NCBI GenBank assembly: GCA_963719315.1
Contig: CAVRBU010000001.1
Span: 480,001-544,000, forward strand
Direction of reading: 5' to 3'
Source of the DNA: an uncultured Planctomycetota bacterium
Lineage (GTDB): Bacteria > Planctomycetota > Planctomycetia > Pirellulales > Lacipirellulaceae
DNA length: 64,000 nucleotides
Shown here: positions 63,823 to 64,000 of the stretch, piece after piece
How the letters are laid out: each line of letters begins with the position of its first letter
Position numbering within the stretch: the stretch's first letter is position 1
The notes under the pieces: generated by a model
What the model saw: the letters and a program-made list of their open reading frames with translations, nothing else
Database searches by the model: none
What the model was told of the DNA's origin: nothing
Position numbers and translations under genes: made by a program

Positions 63823-64000
63823 ATGGCCGATCCGCACACCACTCATTCAGGCGCTCTCCGTTGCATCATCGTCACACCCGAGGCGACGGTGCTCGACACG
63901 GCGACCGAGTTCGTCGCACTGCCGCTGTTCGATGGCGAAGCTGGGATCGCCCCCGGCCGCTCACCGCTGATCGGCCGGCTCGGTTATGGTGAGCTTCGCG
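63823..64000 (+). CDS. atpC: ATP synthase subunit epsilon, 5' part (runs off the window)
   Basis: hand translation MADPHTTHSGALRCIIVTPEATVLD..VALPLFDGEAGIAPGRSPLIGRLG; absent from the ORF track. Confidence 0.9.
   Translation, partial: MADPHTTHSGALRCIIVTPEATVLDTATEFVALPLFDGEAGIAPGRSPLIGRLGYGELR

Overview
GC-rich bacterial chromosome segment, most likely from a planctomycete (Pirellulales-like). This is inferred from a dockerin-like/PEP-CTERM tail, DUF4912, PQQ-propeller and TPR proteins and the REP repeat types. The backbone holds dxs (3' end), nadK, pyk, purF, proB, lexA, larE and an F1Fo ATP synthase operon running off the right edge in atpC. Two accessory patches (about 2.9-8.3 kb and 46.3-52.4 kb) carry three complete IS elements (IS630, ISKra4, IS3), each with readable terminal inverted repeats and target duplications. 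The best leads are: (1) a SyrB2/BarB-type Fe(II)/2OG halogenase (HxA motif) with no NRPS or carrier protein in the window, next to an SDR and a Cys-rich secreted protein; (2) a five-gene biosynthetic-looking operon (EhpF/GriC-like adenylating enzyme, aldehyde dehydrogenase, Fe-ADH, PQQ-propeller, HemN-like radical SAM) interrupted by hicAB; (3) an apparently non-coding, hairpin-rich ~370-nt unit between a sigma54 promoter and an intrinsic terminator; (4) a candidate LexA operator; (5) MITE-like shells carrying REP doublets. At least seven genes, including atpA and purF, show small frameshifts that are probably sequencing errors. No rRNA, tRNA or CRISPR array was seen. All family calls come from motif recognition by eye; no database search was run.
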